Part shown: positions 1-12,315 of the stretch, piece by piece | Layout: each line of letters starts with the position of its first letter | Position numbering within the stretch: position 1 is the stretch's first letter | Notes under the pieces: generated by a model | What the model was told of the DNA's origin: nothing | Seen by the model: the letters and a program-made list of their open reading frames with translations, nothing else | Databases searched by the model: none | Assembly (NCBI GenBank): GCA_030265395.1 | Contig: JARFYF010000007.1 | Location: forward strand, 81,699,344-81,763,343 | Origin: Rhina ancylostomus | Taxonomy: Eukaryota | Length of the DNA: 64,000 bases | Direction: 5' to 3' | Made by a program: the position numbers and the translations under genes

Positions 1-385
1 ATATACTTGATTCATAAAAATATATACAGGAAATACAATCAGTACCTGCCTCTCTTTACGTTCATTATGACATAAAATTAATATATTCATGGTGCCATTA
101 AACTAATGCATACTCTTACAAAGCACCAAAATCATTTGTGTTTCCTCTTTAAACAATATACCCATGGAGTGTTTGAGAGGCTGTTACACTGGACCTAGCT
201 TCTCAGTGTACAGTGGCGGTAGGACCCTAGACTGTGGTACCCCCTGCAGAACCTCTACAGTAGCTACACTGAGCTTCGGTGCATCCCCCAGGCAGTACTC
301 CTTCAACCAGGAATGTGCCAGTCAATGGCGCTTGCTCGCAGACATCTCCTGATGGTGGAAGACCAACGGGTTTCAGGCAGGCCAT
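1..385 (-). mobile_element. Decayed 3' end of an L1/Tx1-like LINE (ORF2 C-terminus plus 3' UTR)
   Basis: The minus strand reads A*NPLVFHHQEMSASKRH*LAHSWLKEYCLGDAPKLSVA and then GGTTV* after a frameshift. This resembles, from memory, the Tx1-like ORF2 C-terminus (ARNLLVFQ..LAHS..DALKLG..WGKTTV). It is followed by an AT-rich tail. Confidence 0.5.
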
Positions 386-477
386 AGCACAACAAGATAC
401 AGAAGCAGAATGAGGCCATTCGGCCCATCGAATCTCCTCTACCATTCAATCCTGGCTGATTTTTATTTTCAACCCCG

Positions 478-860
478 TTGGAGTTCGTACGTTCTCCCCG
501 TGTCTGCTGGGGTTTCCTCCGGGTGCTCCAGTGTCCTCCCACNNNNNNNNNNNNNNNNNNNNNNNNNNNNNNNNNNNNNNNNNNNNNNNNNNNNNNNNNN
601 NNNNNNNNNNNNNNNNNNNNNNNNNNNNNNNNNNNNNNNNNNCGTACGTTCTCCCCGTGTCTGCTGGGGTTTCCTCCGGGTGCTCCAGTTTCCTCCCACA
701 TTCCAACGATGTACGGGTTAGGAGCTGTGGGCGTGCTGTGTTTGTGACAGAAGAGTGGCGACACTTGCAGGCTGCCCCCCAGCACATTCTTAGCAACACA
801 AAAAGGTGTTTCACTGTGTGATTTGATGTACATGTGACTAATAAATAAATATCTATCTAA
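478..860 (+). mobile_element. V-SINE (HE1-like) core fragment interrupted by a gap
   Basis: Core motif GTTCTCCCCGTGTCTGC..GGTTTCCTCCGGGTGCTCCAGTTTCCTCCCACATTCCAA..GGGTTAGG. Confidence 0.7.
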
Positions 861-930
861 ATATCTACCTATCTAACTCTTAACCCCTTACCAATCAAGA
901 ACCTATCAATCTCTCCCTTCAACACAGGAT

Positions 931-1048
931 TAGATGAAGGGTCTCGACCTGAAACGTCGACTGTCCATCTCCCTCCATAGATGCTGCCTGACCCCCGCTG
1001 AGTTCCTCCAGCATTTTGTGTGTGTGTAGCTCCAGATTCCAGCATCTC
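931..1048 (+). mobile_element. Penelope-like terminal fragment with hammerhead-like motif
   Basis: TAGATGA-AGGGTCTCGACCT-GAAACGTC-GACTG, followed by the recurring GATGCTGCCTGAC..GCTGAGTTCCTCCAGCATTTTGTG motif seen at many other sites in the window. Confidence 0.6.
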
Positions 1049-1716
1049 TTGAGTTGGGGAGTGCTCTGATCCGCAGCTGCCCAGCACAGAGGAACTTTAT
1101 CATGCAGGAAAGGACATGAGTGACCAGGCTGTAGGATATCCCATGAAACCCCTGCAGGTGGCAGGGAGACCATATCCGCAGAGACCCGTTTCCCGCGCTC
1201 TTTCACACCGGGGAAGCTCCCTGTTACAGCGATGACATCACCGCAGCGGCGCTACATTGTCCCTTTTTCTTGAATGGGCAGCATGTCATTTCTGGCGCGC
1301 TGCGTTTCAGCCAATCAGAGGCGGCATCGGGGGCCGTCGCGCCCTACGTCACACCTCCCCATTCATCCCCCTCGCTCCCGCCGCCGCGCATGCGCCGCCC
1401 TCACCAACGCCTTCCCCCTCCTCCTCTTCAGCCGAGAAAATACGTCTCCATGGTGACGGCAGCCGCGCGGTCACTTCCCGGCCCGCCCCTCCCTCCCTCC
1501 CTCCCCGACCCCCACCCCAGCCGGGGGTTTGCGATGGGTGGGGGGGTGGTAAAGCACTCACTCAGCCGTTAGCGGCGGTTGTTGGCGGCGGCGGCGGCTG
1601 TCGTCCATCCACGGGCTGCTCCCGCCGCCGCCGTGCGTGATGACGTCGGCGTCAATCGGGCCGCTGCCGATTGGCGGGAGGAGTCGGGTGGGGTCAGAGG
1701 TCAGCCGTCCCTCCCG

Positions 1717-1718
<2 letters not shown>

Positions 1719-1765
<47 letters not shown>

Positions 1766-1882
1766 GTCNNNNNNNNNNNNNNNNNNNNNNNNNNNNNNNN
1801 NNNNNNNNNNNNNNNNNNNNNNNNNNNNNNNNNNNNNNNNNNNNNNNNNNNNNNNNNNNNNNNNNNNNTCTCTCTCTCTCTC
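1719..1882 (+). repeat. (CT)n microsatellite spanning a 100-N gap, just upstream of the IPO5 start
   Basis: CT run at 1719-1763 and TC run at 1869-1882. Confidence 0.95.
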
Positions 1883-1888
1883 GGCTCA

Positions 1889-1966
1889 CTGGCGGAGCAG
1901 CAGCAGTTCTATCTCTTGCTCGGCAACCTCCTCAGCACTGACAACGCCGTCAGGAAGCAGGCCGAG
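1889..1966 (+). CDS. IPO5: Importin-5 coding exon 1 (start codon reads CTG)
   Basis: (L)[25 protein letters not shown] matches the IPO5 N-terminus; donor GTGAGT at 1967. Confidence 0.92.
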
Positions 1967-3213
1967 GTGAGTCCGGCCCCGGGCGGCGTGGGCCCCCCGG
2001 GGGTGCTGCTGGTGCTGGTGCTGGTGGAGGGCGGGCGGGCGGGGGGAGCCGTGCCCCGGGGGGGGGGGTGTTGGCTCAGGGCCTCCAGTGGGGCCTACCT
2101 GTGGCCTCGGGAGATGCCGGGGTTCTCCTTCTCCCCCCCCCCCCGGTGGCGAGGGAGCGGCCCCCCCACGTGGGCCTGGCCCGGACCTCCTGCTGCATGC
2201 GGTGGAGTGCGGGGGGAAGGGTGTCCACATAACCGGTGCCCGGGGCGCTGAGGCTGACGGATGAGGAGGGGGTTTTATTTTTATTTTCATTTTCCTTTTT
2301 ACAGAGAAACTCCTTTCCCTGACAGGTTGAACATCATTAGCAGACGGGGGGATTTTTTTTGTGTCTCTAATGATTACAGGGATTGGCAATGGGCTGTCTG
2401 CACGGAGGGTGCGAACCGATGAAACTTCAAGCACGCAGTGGTAATTAGTCCTGTCTCCCCCACCACCGGTTTAATTTAATCTTTAAAATGACAATTTCAG
2501 CCCTACCCTGTTCTTCAAGGATGATTTTTGCAAGCTTGTGTCTTATAAACGTGTGGAATAACCTAACGTCTGCATTTCAATTACAGTTGCATGAATCCTT
2601 TAAATGACCAGTTTGAATGGTGTTCCAATGTTAGTCGTGACTTTGAAAGGGGAATTTGGGGGGGGTGAGGAAATAAGGGGCTCTGGGGCAAGAAGTTGGG
2701 GGATGGGACACCTTTGTAGAGTGCTGGTGCAGGCATGAGTGGCTGAATGATTATTGGCTGCTGAATGGGATACCTGGGTGGCACCAGGTAGACTTGGTTA
2801 CTGGTTAAATCAGAATTTTTAAACAGTGGCATTTATTTTTTTAATTATTACTTTTGTCCTCTAGTATAAGTGCCTCACTGTGTAAACCTGTTGTTCTGGT
2901 TTCATTTGTTTAGGCAGTAAAGTGATTGATTTAAAGGCAAAACATAGGGCTCCATTATATATAATTACACGTTATGTGGGAGATGTCGATTGTTTTTCTT
3001 TACATTGTTTCCTGAAGGCATGTGTTAATTTAGGACAGAAATCCATCACTCACAAATGCTAGATTTATCAATTGGTTATTGTCTAATTTAAATTCAATTT
3101 GTCAGATTTAATTCCTAGCATGTTTATGGATATATTGCATTTTCTGCTTATTAAATACTTTCTTGTGAAAAGAGGGTGGTAGTGTTTGCAAGAACAGATG
3201 TGGTTGAAATTTC

Positions 3214-3316
3214 TAGTCCAGATGAAGGGCCTTGATCTGAATTGTCGACTGTCCATTTCCCTGCTCGGATACTGCCTGACCTGCTGGGTGCCTCCAGCGT
3301 CTTGGTGTGTTGCTCC
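3214..3316 (+). mobile_element. Penelope-like terminal fragment with decayed hammerhead-like motif
   Basis: TAGTC-CAGATGA-AGGGCCTTGATCT-GAATTGTC-GACTG followed by CTGCCTGACCTGCTG. Confidence 0.55.
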
Positions 3317-5249
3317 TTGAAATTTGTCATTTTAAGGTCTGGTGGTGAACTTGAGAGCTTAAAGGAAATGTATTTCTGGATTTGTAGTCGAGGAAGGGTT
3401 GAACTTGGAATTAGAATCCATGAAACATGGATTGCAAAAGGACTTGGCAGTTGACAGTTCTGAGGTCCTTTCTGGTTCGACTGTCTAGACTGAGACAGTC
3501 TAGGAAATGAGTAGACCATTTAGGACTGAGTTCAGGGGAAATTTCATCATTCAGTATCTTTGGCATTCTCTGCTGCAGAGGGCTGTGTTGCTCAGTTGCA
3601 TGTATTGACACTCGTAGGGTAAAACGAGGCCTGAGTTGAAAGTGATCTGAAGTTCAGGANNNNNNNNNNNNNNNNNNNNNNNNNNNNNNNNNNNNNNNNN
3701 NNNNNNNNNNNNNNNNNNNNNNNNNNNNNNNNNNNNNNNNNNNNNNNNNNNNNNNNNNNGTTCAGGATCAGCCATATGGAAAAGAAGGGGTCTGGAGCAA
3801 TATGACAAGCTTCTACAAAGCTCTGTGGGTGCGAATGAAGTGTGCACAGTGGAAATTGTGAAATGATTGAGTTAGAGGAAGGACAAATGATATCTATTAA
3901 ATCATACAGCAATATGCTGATGTCTTCAGGAAGCAGTGTGAAAAAATTGATTAGGAAGCATGATTTGATTCTAAATGGGAAGTAGTTTTAACGGTGAGTC
4001 TGATTTTTCTGAATTCACTTCTCTTGACAAGGACAGAGCACTGTCTCAGTGATGTATCATTTAATCCCTAATTAGCATTGATATAAGAATTCAGATTGGG
4101 TAGATATAGGAATTATTTTGCGCTGCTTCTGAGTTGGTCAAATCTGACTTCCGACTTGAGCACGCAGTATTGACAGAGTTCTGCGGAATGGGAGGTGGCG
4201 CCTTTAAGATATTGGGTCAAGGCCATTCTTCTGTCAGGATTCTTTGGAACTATTTTAAAGAAGGATAGAAAAGGTATATCATGGGTGTTCTGGCCAATAT
4301 TTATCTTGCAGAGGATATTGTTAGTGACCTTATTCCATCACTTCCACATTGCTGTTTGTGGAATCTTGATGTGTACATCAATTGCTTTTCTTTTACATTA
4401 ATGATAGTGAGTTGACTTTATTGACCGTGGAGCGTTGTTAGGTTGTGAAGAATGCTGTGTGAATTTAATAAGAAAAGAAAATGGAAGTTTTCATGTTGGG
4501 TGACATCTATGGAGGGAGGAAAAACTCTCAACTCAGTGACCTTCATCAGAACTAGTACCCTTAATGAAAACTATGTAAGAATGCAGAAATGAAACTATGC
4601 TTCAGATAGTCTGTTTTACTAGAGTTGGAACTTAAACTTTAACCTAAACTGTGCTTCCCTTGATGTAATTTGTTTCAGTGATAAGTGCCACTATTTGATT
4701 TTAAGATAGTCCTAATGCTTTGATTCTCCAGAGGAGGCGGATGTGGTATTAAGCTAATGTGGGGAATCATTTTTCAAAAGTGTTAAGCTGGTAATTGAAT
4801 GGTAAGAAAAGGTTTATCTCAGCAGTTGTAATATCTCCTTTATGTGGTCCAGAATAAGTTTCCAATGCCATATAATTCTGTGAAACCTTTTGGTAGGGAA
4901 CTATCTAGCAGGGGAGCAGATTGAATCCATCTCATCTGGTTCTGGAGAGACAGTTTAGCCACCTCCCCTGATATAAAACATTATTAACATATCTCCCATT
5001 ATCAACATACTAAGGTTACAATTAACTAAATGTTCAATATGACAGGCCATATAAATAGCTATTGGAGTAAGTCTTCCATTTGTCAATAGATAGGACTCTC
5101 ATCTGAGGCAAAAACTGTGTGTGCTAGTCCCACGCCAGGACTTTGAGCACAGCAATTCTTTTGATGCTATTAGACTTGATTATTCTGCACACCACTGGCT
5201 GGTGATAATCACTCTAGTTTTAGTAAGCTTGAAAACATTTAAAACCATA

Positions 5250-5650
5250 TCATAACTAGCACCGTGTTCCATTCATCCATCACCTCTGTGCTCATTGCCA
5301 TACATGTTGCTGATTAAACTGTCTCTATTTTTGAAAAGCTTCCATATTTCACCCCCATTTCTATAATTCTCCTTAGCCATATAGCTCTCTGAGATCACTG
5401 TACTCCTTTAATTCAACCATCTTGAGAGTCTCTATTTTAAATGTTCCACCGGTGTCCATCTTTTTCTGATGAGATCTTCAGGTCTGTACTTGACTTCCCT
5501 TCCCAAACCTCCTTATTTTTATTTCCCCATTCATGGCCCTCAAGATTCACCTCTAGCAAAGCTTTTGGCAATCTGCCTAAAATCTCCTCCAATGATGTAC
5601 TATCAAAAGTTTCCTTGTGATGTTCCACTGTATTGAAAGCGATTATATAA
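5250..5650 (+). mobile_element. Old L2-like LINE 3' fragment
   Basis: CCATCACCTCTGTGCTCATTGCCATACAT resembles the L2 ITPVL..LHWLP region; decayed tail follows. Confidence 0.4.
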
Positions 5651-6882
5651 ATATATCCTATTCCTTGTACTGAGCATGGAATATTTTCCACTAGATGGGT
5701 GCAACTACAAGTTCAACAGCATCCAGGTCAAAGGACTGTTTTGTCAGCATCTCACCCATCACCCAATTTGCTCAATCTCTACTGTGCTGTATAATCCAAT
5801 GAATGAGGCTGCTTAGTTGTCACCTACCAAATCTTAGATTTCCACTGCCTTCAAGAATGTGCAGCAGGTGCATGGGTTGCTATCACTTTGAAGTCATGCT
5901 TGAAGTTCATGTAGGAATGATTAGAACTTGGTACCTAACAGTGCAGTGCAAATGTCGTCTTCACGTTGACTGTAGCCGTTCCAGAAGATGGCTCTTTACT
6001 GGGCAAAAGGTTGAGAAGCCAATAAGTGCTGGTTTTGGCAATGAATATAAATGGCATATTTTAACAGGAAGGCAGTGATATTCGTATATGCACTGTACCC
6101 TTCATGTCAAAATATTTCAAATCACTTTGTATGTTTTAAATGCGTGCTTGCCATTTAGGCAAATTTTCAGTTTAATAGTTCTGTTGGTGAAGTAAGTTGA
6201 GGGGCAAAGTTTTAACTGGGACATTTTATAATGGTATCTTTTAAAGCCCACTGAAAAGAAATAAACGAAGTATCAGTTTAATGTGTCATTGGAAAGATGT
6301 CTCCAACAATGGAGCATTGCATTAGTGTGGCATTGGATTGGTGGCTTGCATTATGGTATGGGCCTCATTCCATACAGAGCACTGGGCTTGGTTCCAAGCA
6401 GCCTTTTGTATTATAGGCGAGCGCCCTTTGTGATTCAGTTTGTGCATTCATTCTTAAAAATATGTGAGTTTCTATTCTTAAGCCTGGTGGGGAATTCCAT
6501 TATGGATTCAGTCAGCTTCATGTGTCTAGTCGGGCTGAACTGCTGCTGAGTGTTAAATTGTCATCAAAGCCAGTCTTTTATCAGTCAAAACACTTCTGAT
6601 AATCAGCACATTCATTCTTAAAAGACAATTGATTATAATATCTCAAAGTAGATGAGCTAATGAAATCTGAATTTCTTAATCCTAGCAGAAAAGATTTTTG
6701 TACTTCTGTTTAGAAATTTCTTATTAAGGGTTATGTTCCAATGTTAACAGCAGCAATCACTGGACAATGTGGTGGTCTGTGAAAAGAAGCATGGTGTCAT
6801 TGGCAACCTAAAGCATAATGATAGTTAATCCTTGATAATGGATACTCTTATAATATAACTGCATTATTTTTAAGCAATTTTG

Positions 6883-7185
6883 GGTGGCACATTGGTGCAG
6901 CTATCTTTCAGTGCTAGAGGCCCAGGTTCAATCCTGACCTCAGGTGCTGTTTATGTGGAGTTTGCACATTCTCCTTTGTGACCATATGGGCTTCCTCTGC
7001 ACGTTCCAGTTCCCTTGCACATTCCAAAGACATGCGGGTTGGTAGTTTAATTAGCTGCTGTAAATTGCCCCGGTATGTACATGAGTGGTAGAATCTGAGG
7101 GGATTTGATGGGGATGTGTGGAGAATAAAACAGGATTGGTGTAAATGTGTGGGCTGAAGGGCCTTTTTCCATCCTGTACTGTTCT
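6883..7185 (+). mobile_element. V-SINE (HE1-like), near full length
   Basis: tRNA-like head (GGTTCAATCC B-box), V-core GTGGAGTTTGCACATTCTCC and CR1-like tail GGGCTGAAGGGCCT. Confidence 0.75.
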
Positions 7186-7969
7186 CTGGCTATGCACTTC
7201 CATTAGAAAGAAGTGTTTTGACCATATCCATTAATGTTCCAACTTGAACTATTTTCTCCCTGCCCAGTTGTTTTATTCTTGCCCCTATGCGAAAACTGCT
7301 GGGATTGGGTTTCATAGATACTGTTATCCCTCAAGTGGCCAGTATCAGTATGTGAACCTGTCTTCAACTGATATTTATCAGGACTTCAAGTCGTCATTAT
7401 TGTTTGGTACTTGGGAGAAGGATTTGGCCTTTATTTTCAGGGTACTTATTGATGGCACTATAGCAGCCAATGAGTGGGAGATGGTTTGGGATATATGACT
7501 CATGAATGTAATCAAATTGCTCAAGCCACTTCCTGAAGAGCAGGAAGAAACCAAGCTACAACATATTCTCTCAATAAAAGTGGGGTCATCTCTCCAGTAG
7601 AGGATAGCTGCATATACAATGTGCATAAAATCAATCTGTCATGTTGTGCTGTGGGTAGAAAACTTGATTGATGGGAAATACCCGATCATGTCCACTGTGT
7701 CTGGTTCTAACTTGTTCATTCATCAGTTGTTTATTTTTTGGTGTGATATTGAAGCTCGTTCACTGCTGCTGCAATTGAGATAAATAAATTCGGCATGCAT
7801 GATTTCTGGTGGTTTCTAGTCTGTATCCACTTAGACTTTTTCCAAAGGCATGACTCACTAAACCTGTTAGCCATGTGCACTCTCTCTCAGTATTGTGGCT
7901 CAGTTGATAGTACTGAGTAAGAAGGTTGTGGGTTCAAGTTTCACTCCAGTGACAAACACAAGAATCTAG

Positions 7970-8850
7970 GCAGACTTGTGGGATGTTGCAGGGATCAGTG
8001 CTGGGTCTCCAGCTGTTCTTATTCTTTACCAGTGGTTTGGATGAAGGGATAAAGTGTAATATATCCAGGCCTGCTGTTGATACAAAGCTGGACGACAGTG
8101 TAGGTTGTGAGGAGGATATAGACAAGTTAAGTGAATGGTTGAGGACGTGGCGTATGGAATATAATATGGAAAGTGAGCTCACCACTTCAGTAGAAAAATA
8201 AAGAAGGCAAGATTTTTGAATAGTGAGGGATTGAAAGGTGTGTTCAGAAATATCTGGATGTCTGTTCACAAAGGTACAACTACTAATTAGGAAGGCAAAC
8301 AGTATGTTCGATATTGCAAGTGGTTCTGAGTAAAGGCCTCTTACTGGAATTGTATAAAACCCTGGCGAGACCATACGCAGAATATTGTGTACAGGTAGGG
8401 TCTTCCTACCTCGGGAGAATATACTTGCAACATAGGGAATGTCATCAGATTGATTCCTTGGATGGGGATTTATCCTATGAGTTTAGAACGGGTGGTGATC
8501 TAGTACCAACATACAAAATTATGGGTTAGTCAGAAGACATGGGTGTGTTGTTTCCCCTGGCTGGACTATATGTAGAACCAGAGGTCACAGTCACAAAATA
8601 AGGGGTTGGCCATTCAGGACTGAAATGAGCAATGTCTCCACCCATAGGGTTATAAATCTTTGGAATTCTCTGCGCAGGAGGGCAATGAAGGCTCAGTTGC
8701 AAGGGAATCAATGGATTTTGGATGTTAAGGGAAGTGAAGAATATGGGATTAGTGAGGGAAAGTGGTACTGAGGTAGCAGATCATTCATGAATAATATTGA
8801 ATTGCAGAGCAGGTATGAAGATCAAATAGTCATCTTTTGCTATTTCTGTT
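7970..8850 (+). mobile_element. CR1-type LINE 3' fragment (degenerate RT)
   Basis: QGSVLGLQLF..DTKL..EEDIDKLSEW..WRMEYN and LYKTLARPYAEYCVQ motifs with stops and frameshifts. Confidence 0.8.
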
Positions 8851-8984
8851 CTTAAAGTTCTAATGAGCCTTAATTTAATATCTAATTTGAAAGAAGGCAC
8901 AAACAGTACTCCAAAAGTGAAGTACTGAGGATGGATGAGACATCAAATTGAGGGCCTTGTTTGCTCTCTTACTTCAATACGGAA

Positions 8985-9305
8985 AAAAGCCATTCAGCCA
9001 TCAGGACCACACCTGTCCTGACACAAACCCAGTCCCATTTCCCCTCTCTTTATACTCTTATTCCCCCCACCTTATTACTTACTGTCTTATCCCTATCAAC
9101 TACTCTTTTAATAATTTTGCCACTTATCTACACTAAGGATAATACTCAGTAGCCAATTAACTTACTAGCATGTGTATCGGATGTGGGAGGAAAACTCGTA
9201 CTGTCGCAGGGAGAATATGCAAACTCCATAAAGACAGCACCTAAGGTTGGAGTTGAACCTGAATCCCTGGAGCTGTGAGACAGCATCACTAACTAGTGTG
9301 CTGCC
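8985..9305 (-). mobile_element. V-SINE (HE1-like)
   Basis: Reverse-strand core GGGAGAATATGCAAACTCCA and ATGTGGGAGGAAA. Confidence 0.65.
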
Positions 9306-11752
9306 ATTTGTGTGTGCTGTAAAGATTCATGGTATTATTTTGAAGAGGTGGGGTATTATCCCCAGCATCCTGGATCATTTTTTTATCCTTGCTGTGTATA
9401 ATTTAACATGCATATCCCACATTATGGCAGCTACTAGACTTCAAGATTACTTAATTGGCACAGTACTTTGGAATATCTTGAAAGGAATGTGAAAAGGCAA
9501 CTTATTAAGGGAAAATAAAAGACTCGTCTTTGCAAGCAACTTTTAAGCAACTAAGTCTGTGTTCAGGAGTTATTGTGCCCTGCCTTTCACGAGATGACTT
9601 GGTATTCCATTGAAAGATGAATAGGTCATTGGGAAAACTATATTGTTGTTTCAGGTCTTGTAATGTTGTTACCTGTCCCTCAGTATTTTTACCTGTCCTT
9701 CCCTAATGAAAATTTGCACTGATGGTCTCTCTGGTGTTTCTTTGTTTTAGAGATGGGAGGCAGTCTTTATTCCCTAGCAGTTTTTCCCCATTCATTCACA
9801 TTGTGGTTGATCTGTATCTGAACTCTGAAAATCAAAAGAACTGCAATTGCTGGGAATCTAAAACAAAAACAGGAAATGCTGGAAATACTCAGCAGGTCAG
9901 GCCTGTTTTAAACTCTACCTGTCTTGATTCCATAATCCTTCATGCTTTTTGCCCGTGTTTGACATTTTCAATTGATTTCACATCTTCAACAGCTTTAGAG
10001 TTAATGAGTGTTGAGTGGGATGAATTTAGAGACTTCTCTACCTCTTTTATGTGAAGATGTGCTTCTCGTACGACCCCAGCACAGCCTCGCCACAATTTAA
10101 AAGTTTTTGGCCAATGTTCTGGACTCTCCTACCAGAGGCATAGTCTCTGTATCAAATCCTTTAATCACCTTAGCCACTTTTAATTAGATCACCTTTTTAA
10201 TCTTTTATATTTTCAGAAGTACAAGCCTATTCCATGCAAACCCTTCCTCATAATTCAACCTTTCTAGTCTTGGTATTATTTTTCCAGAATCCTTCAAGGC
10301 GATTGTGTATTCCTCAGTCTCATGTAACTAATAAAACTTGCAGCTGCCATGAAGTAAAGGCCAACATTTCATTAAGCATTTGCACTTTACATGGTTGTAA
10401 GCACGTGTAAACCCACCTGTATTTGGATAATATGATTAACTATAATTAACCTGGGTAGGAGGATTGTCTTCTCAGAGCTTGGCATAATTGACACTTTGGG
10501 CCAAATGCATTGAGCTGCTAATTAGGAGCAACATGCTTATTTCCCAGTGAACTATAGTTGTCCAGTTTCTGGCAGACCCTAATTTGCTCAAGGTTTTTAA
10601 TTTTCTTGGATCCTCAAAGTACATTCAAGTGTTAAATTTCTGTTCTCTGATTCAATATCCATTCACACATTATAAAGCAAGATAAGTATTTAAAACAAAA
10701 TGCTTCATGGAGACTTTTGCACCAGTCCGATATTTTATCTGATGGATCAATGATGGAGTTGGAAAGTTGTATTCAGCCAGTTAAGTAACAATGTTGTGCA
10801 ACTTGTCTTGTTTTGTAGGCATCAGTCTTTTGATAGGATTATAACTACCTAATTAAAGCAGATGCAACAAGGATGATGACGGTGCTGAAACACCTGATTG
10901 TGAACCTGATCATTGGAATTGCTGGCATTGGGAACTGGGCTAATTTCTGGACTTTCTTTGTTCCCTCTTCTATATTTGCTCATGATGTTGAACATTGACA
11001 GTTTAAATCATTGTAACAGTGTATAGTCCATAAGTAGTGAAGTGGAAAAATTGTTCTTGTTTGCCCATTGGTTGTGCCTGTTGGCAGAAGCATTCACTGG
11101 TCCAGTCACTTCAGGCAGATGAATAGTTAATGCATTACTCTTTCAGATTTGGGGAGCAATTATGATGGTTGCCTAAATCAGTCCATTGATAGTGATGAAG
11201 TGGGTGCACTAGCATTTGTGACAGGGTATCTTGTCAATGTATCATGCTTGTTAATATCCTTGTTCTCATAACTTACAAAATTAGTTATTTTAAAATTAAA
11301 ATTTTAAGCTTTCAGGCTTAAAATAGTTCTTGTCCAGTGACCAAAGTGATAAATGAATCACCTGAAGTGTTACTGGTTTAACTGTAAGCAAGAANNNNNN
11401 NNNNNNNNNNNNNNNNNNNNNNNNNNNNNNNNNNNNNNNNNNNNNNNNNNNNNNNNNNNNNNNNNNNNNNNNNNNNNNNNNNNNNNNNNNNNNNNNNNNN
11501 NNNNNNNNNNNNNNNNNNNNNNNNNNNNNNNNNNNNNNNNNNNNNNNNNNNNNNNNNNNNNNNNNNNNNNNNNNNNNNNNNNNNNNNNNNNNNNNNNNNN
11601 NNNNNNNNNNNNNNNNNNNNNNNNNNNNNNNNNNNNNNNNNNNNNNNNNNNNNNNNNNNNNNNNNNNNNNNNNNNNNNNNNNNNNNNNNNNNNNNNNNNN
11701 NNNNNNNNNNNNNNNNNNNNNNNNNNNNNNNNNNNNNNNNNNNNNNNNNNNN

Positions 11753-11781
11753 CACTCAGGAATTCAGCTGCTGCAGAGGAG
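11753..11781 (+). CDS. IPO5: Importin-5 exon 2, 3' part only (rest in gap)
   Basis: LRNSAAAEE corresponds to human IRNTTAAEE; donor GTAATT at 11782. Confidence 0.85.
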
Positions 11782-11964
11782 GTAATTCTCAAAACCTTTC
11801 CCTTCAGTTTGTCACCTGAATATTAAGATTAGGGCTAATTTTAGAGTAGGATGGGTGGCTAAAAACTTGCCTGTTGTTTTTCATGGTGCTGATCCAGAAA
11901 CCAAATGAGGATACTGTAACCTGCAGTTCATTATGACCAAATGTCTACTTCTATTCGCGCTATA

Positions 11965-12315
11965 GGCTGGGCTTGTTTTCCTTGGAGTGAAGGAGGCTGA
12001 GCATAAATAGGATAGATGGCCAGACTTTTTTTCCACCTGGTTGGGGTATCAAAAACAAGAGGCCATTGGTTTAAGGTGAGAGAAACAAGATTTTAGATAC
12101 GATTTGTGAGGCAAGTTGTTTTTTTACACAGTGGTTGATATCTGGAACTTGCTGTCGGAGGTGGTGGTGGAATTGGAAAGAATCACTTGAATAGGTAAAG
12201 CATAGAAGGATATAGACCTAATGCAGGCAAATGGGGTTAGCGTAGACAGACAAAAAGGTCGGCATGGATGTAGTGGGTTGAAGAGCCTATTTCTGTGCTA
12301 TATACCTGTGACTCT
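11965..12315 (+). mobile_element. CR1-type LINE 3' end
   Basis: TAGGCTGGGCTTGTTTTCCTTGGAG..AGAGGCCATTGGTTTAAGGTGAGA..TGGGTTGAAGAGCCT..TGACTCTA. Confidence 0.7.

Larger units (their letters stand above)
1180..2260 (+). promoter_or_regulatory. CpG island / TATA-less IPO5 promoter
   Basis: Strong GC and CpG enrichment over exon 1. Motifs: TTTCCCGC (E2F, 1189-1196), AGCCAATCAG (NF-Y, 1309-1318), GCGCATGCGC (NRF1, 1386-1395), GTCTCCATGGTGAC (RFX X-box-like, 1444-1457), GC box at ~1481-1490, TGACGTC (CRE-like, 1641-1647) and ATTGGCGGGA (1670-1679). Confidence 0.85.

Noticed and set aside
1257-2434. Overlapping 100-200 aa ORFs on both strands in the CpG island, including 1637..2251
   Set aside because: These are stop-poor GC-rich sequence with frames that cross an arbitrary 100-N gap. 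Only 1889-1966 matches a real protein.
6883-6945. tRNA-like A/B boxes
   Set aside because: This is the head of a tRNA-derived SINE, with no cloverleaf.
10870-10912. ATGATGA..CTGA candidate C/D snoRNA in intron 1
   Set aside because: Under 40 nt long, with no convincing terminal stem or recognisable rRNA complementarity.
11353-11826. Long X-filled ORFs here and at 31248-31874 and 56269-56805
   Set aside because: These are artefacts of translating N-gaps.
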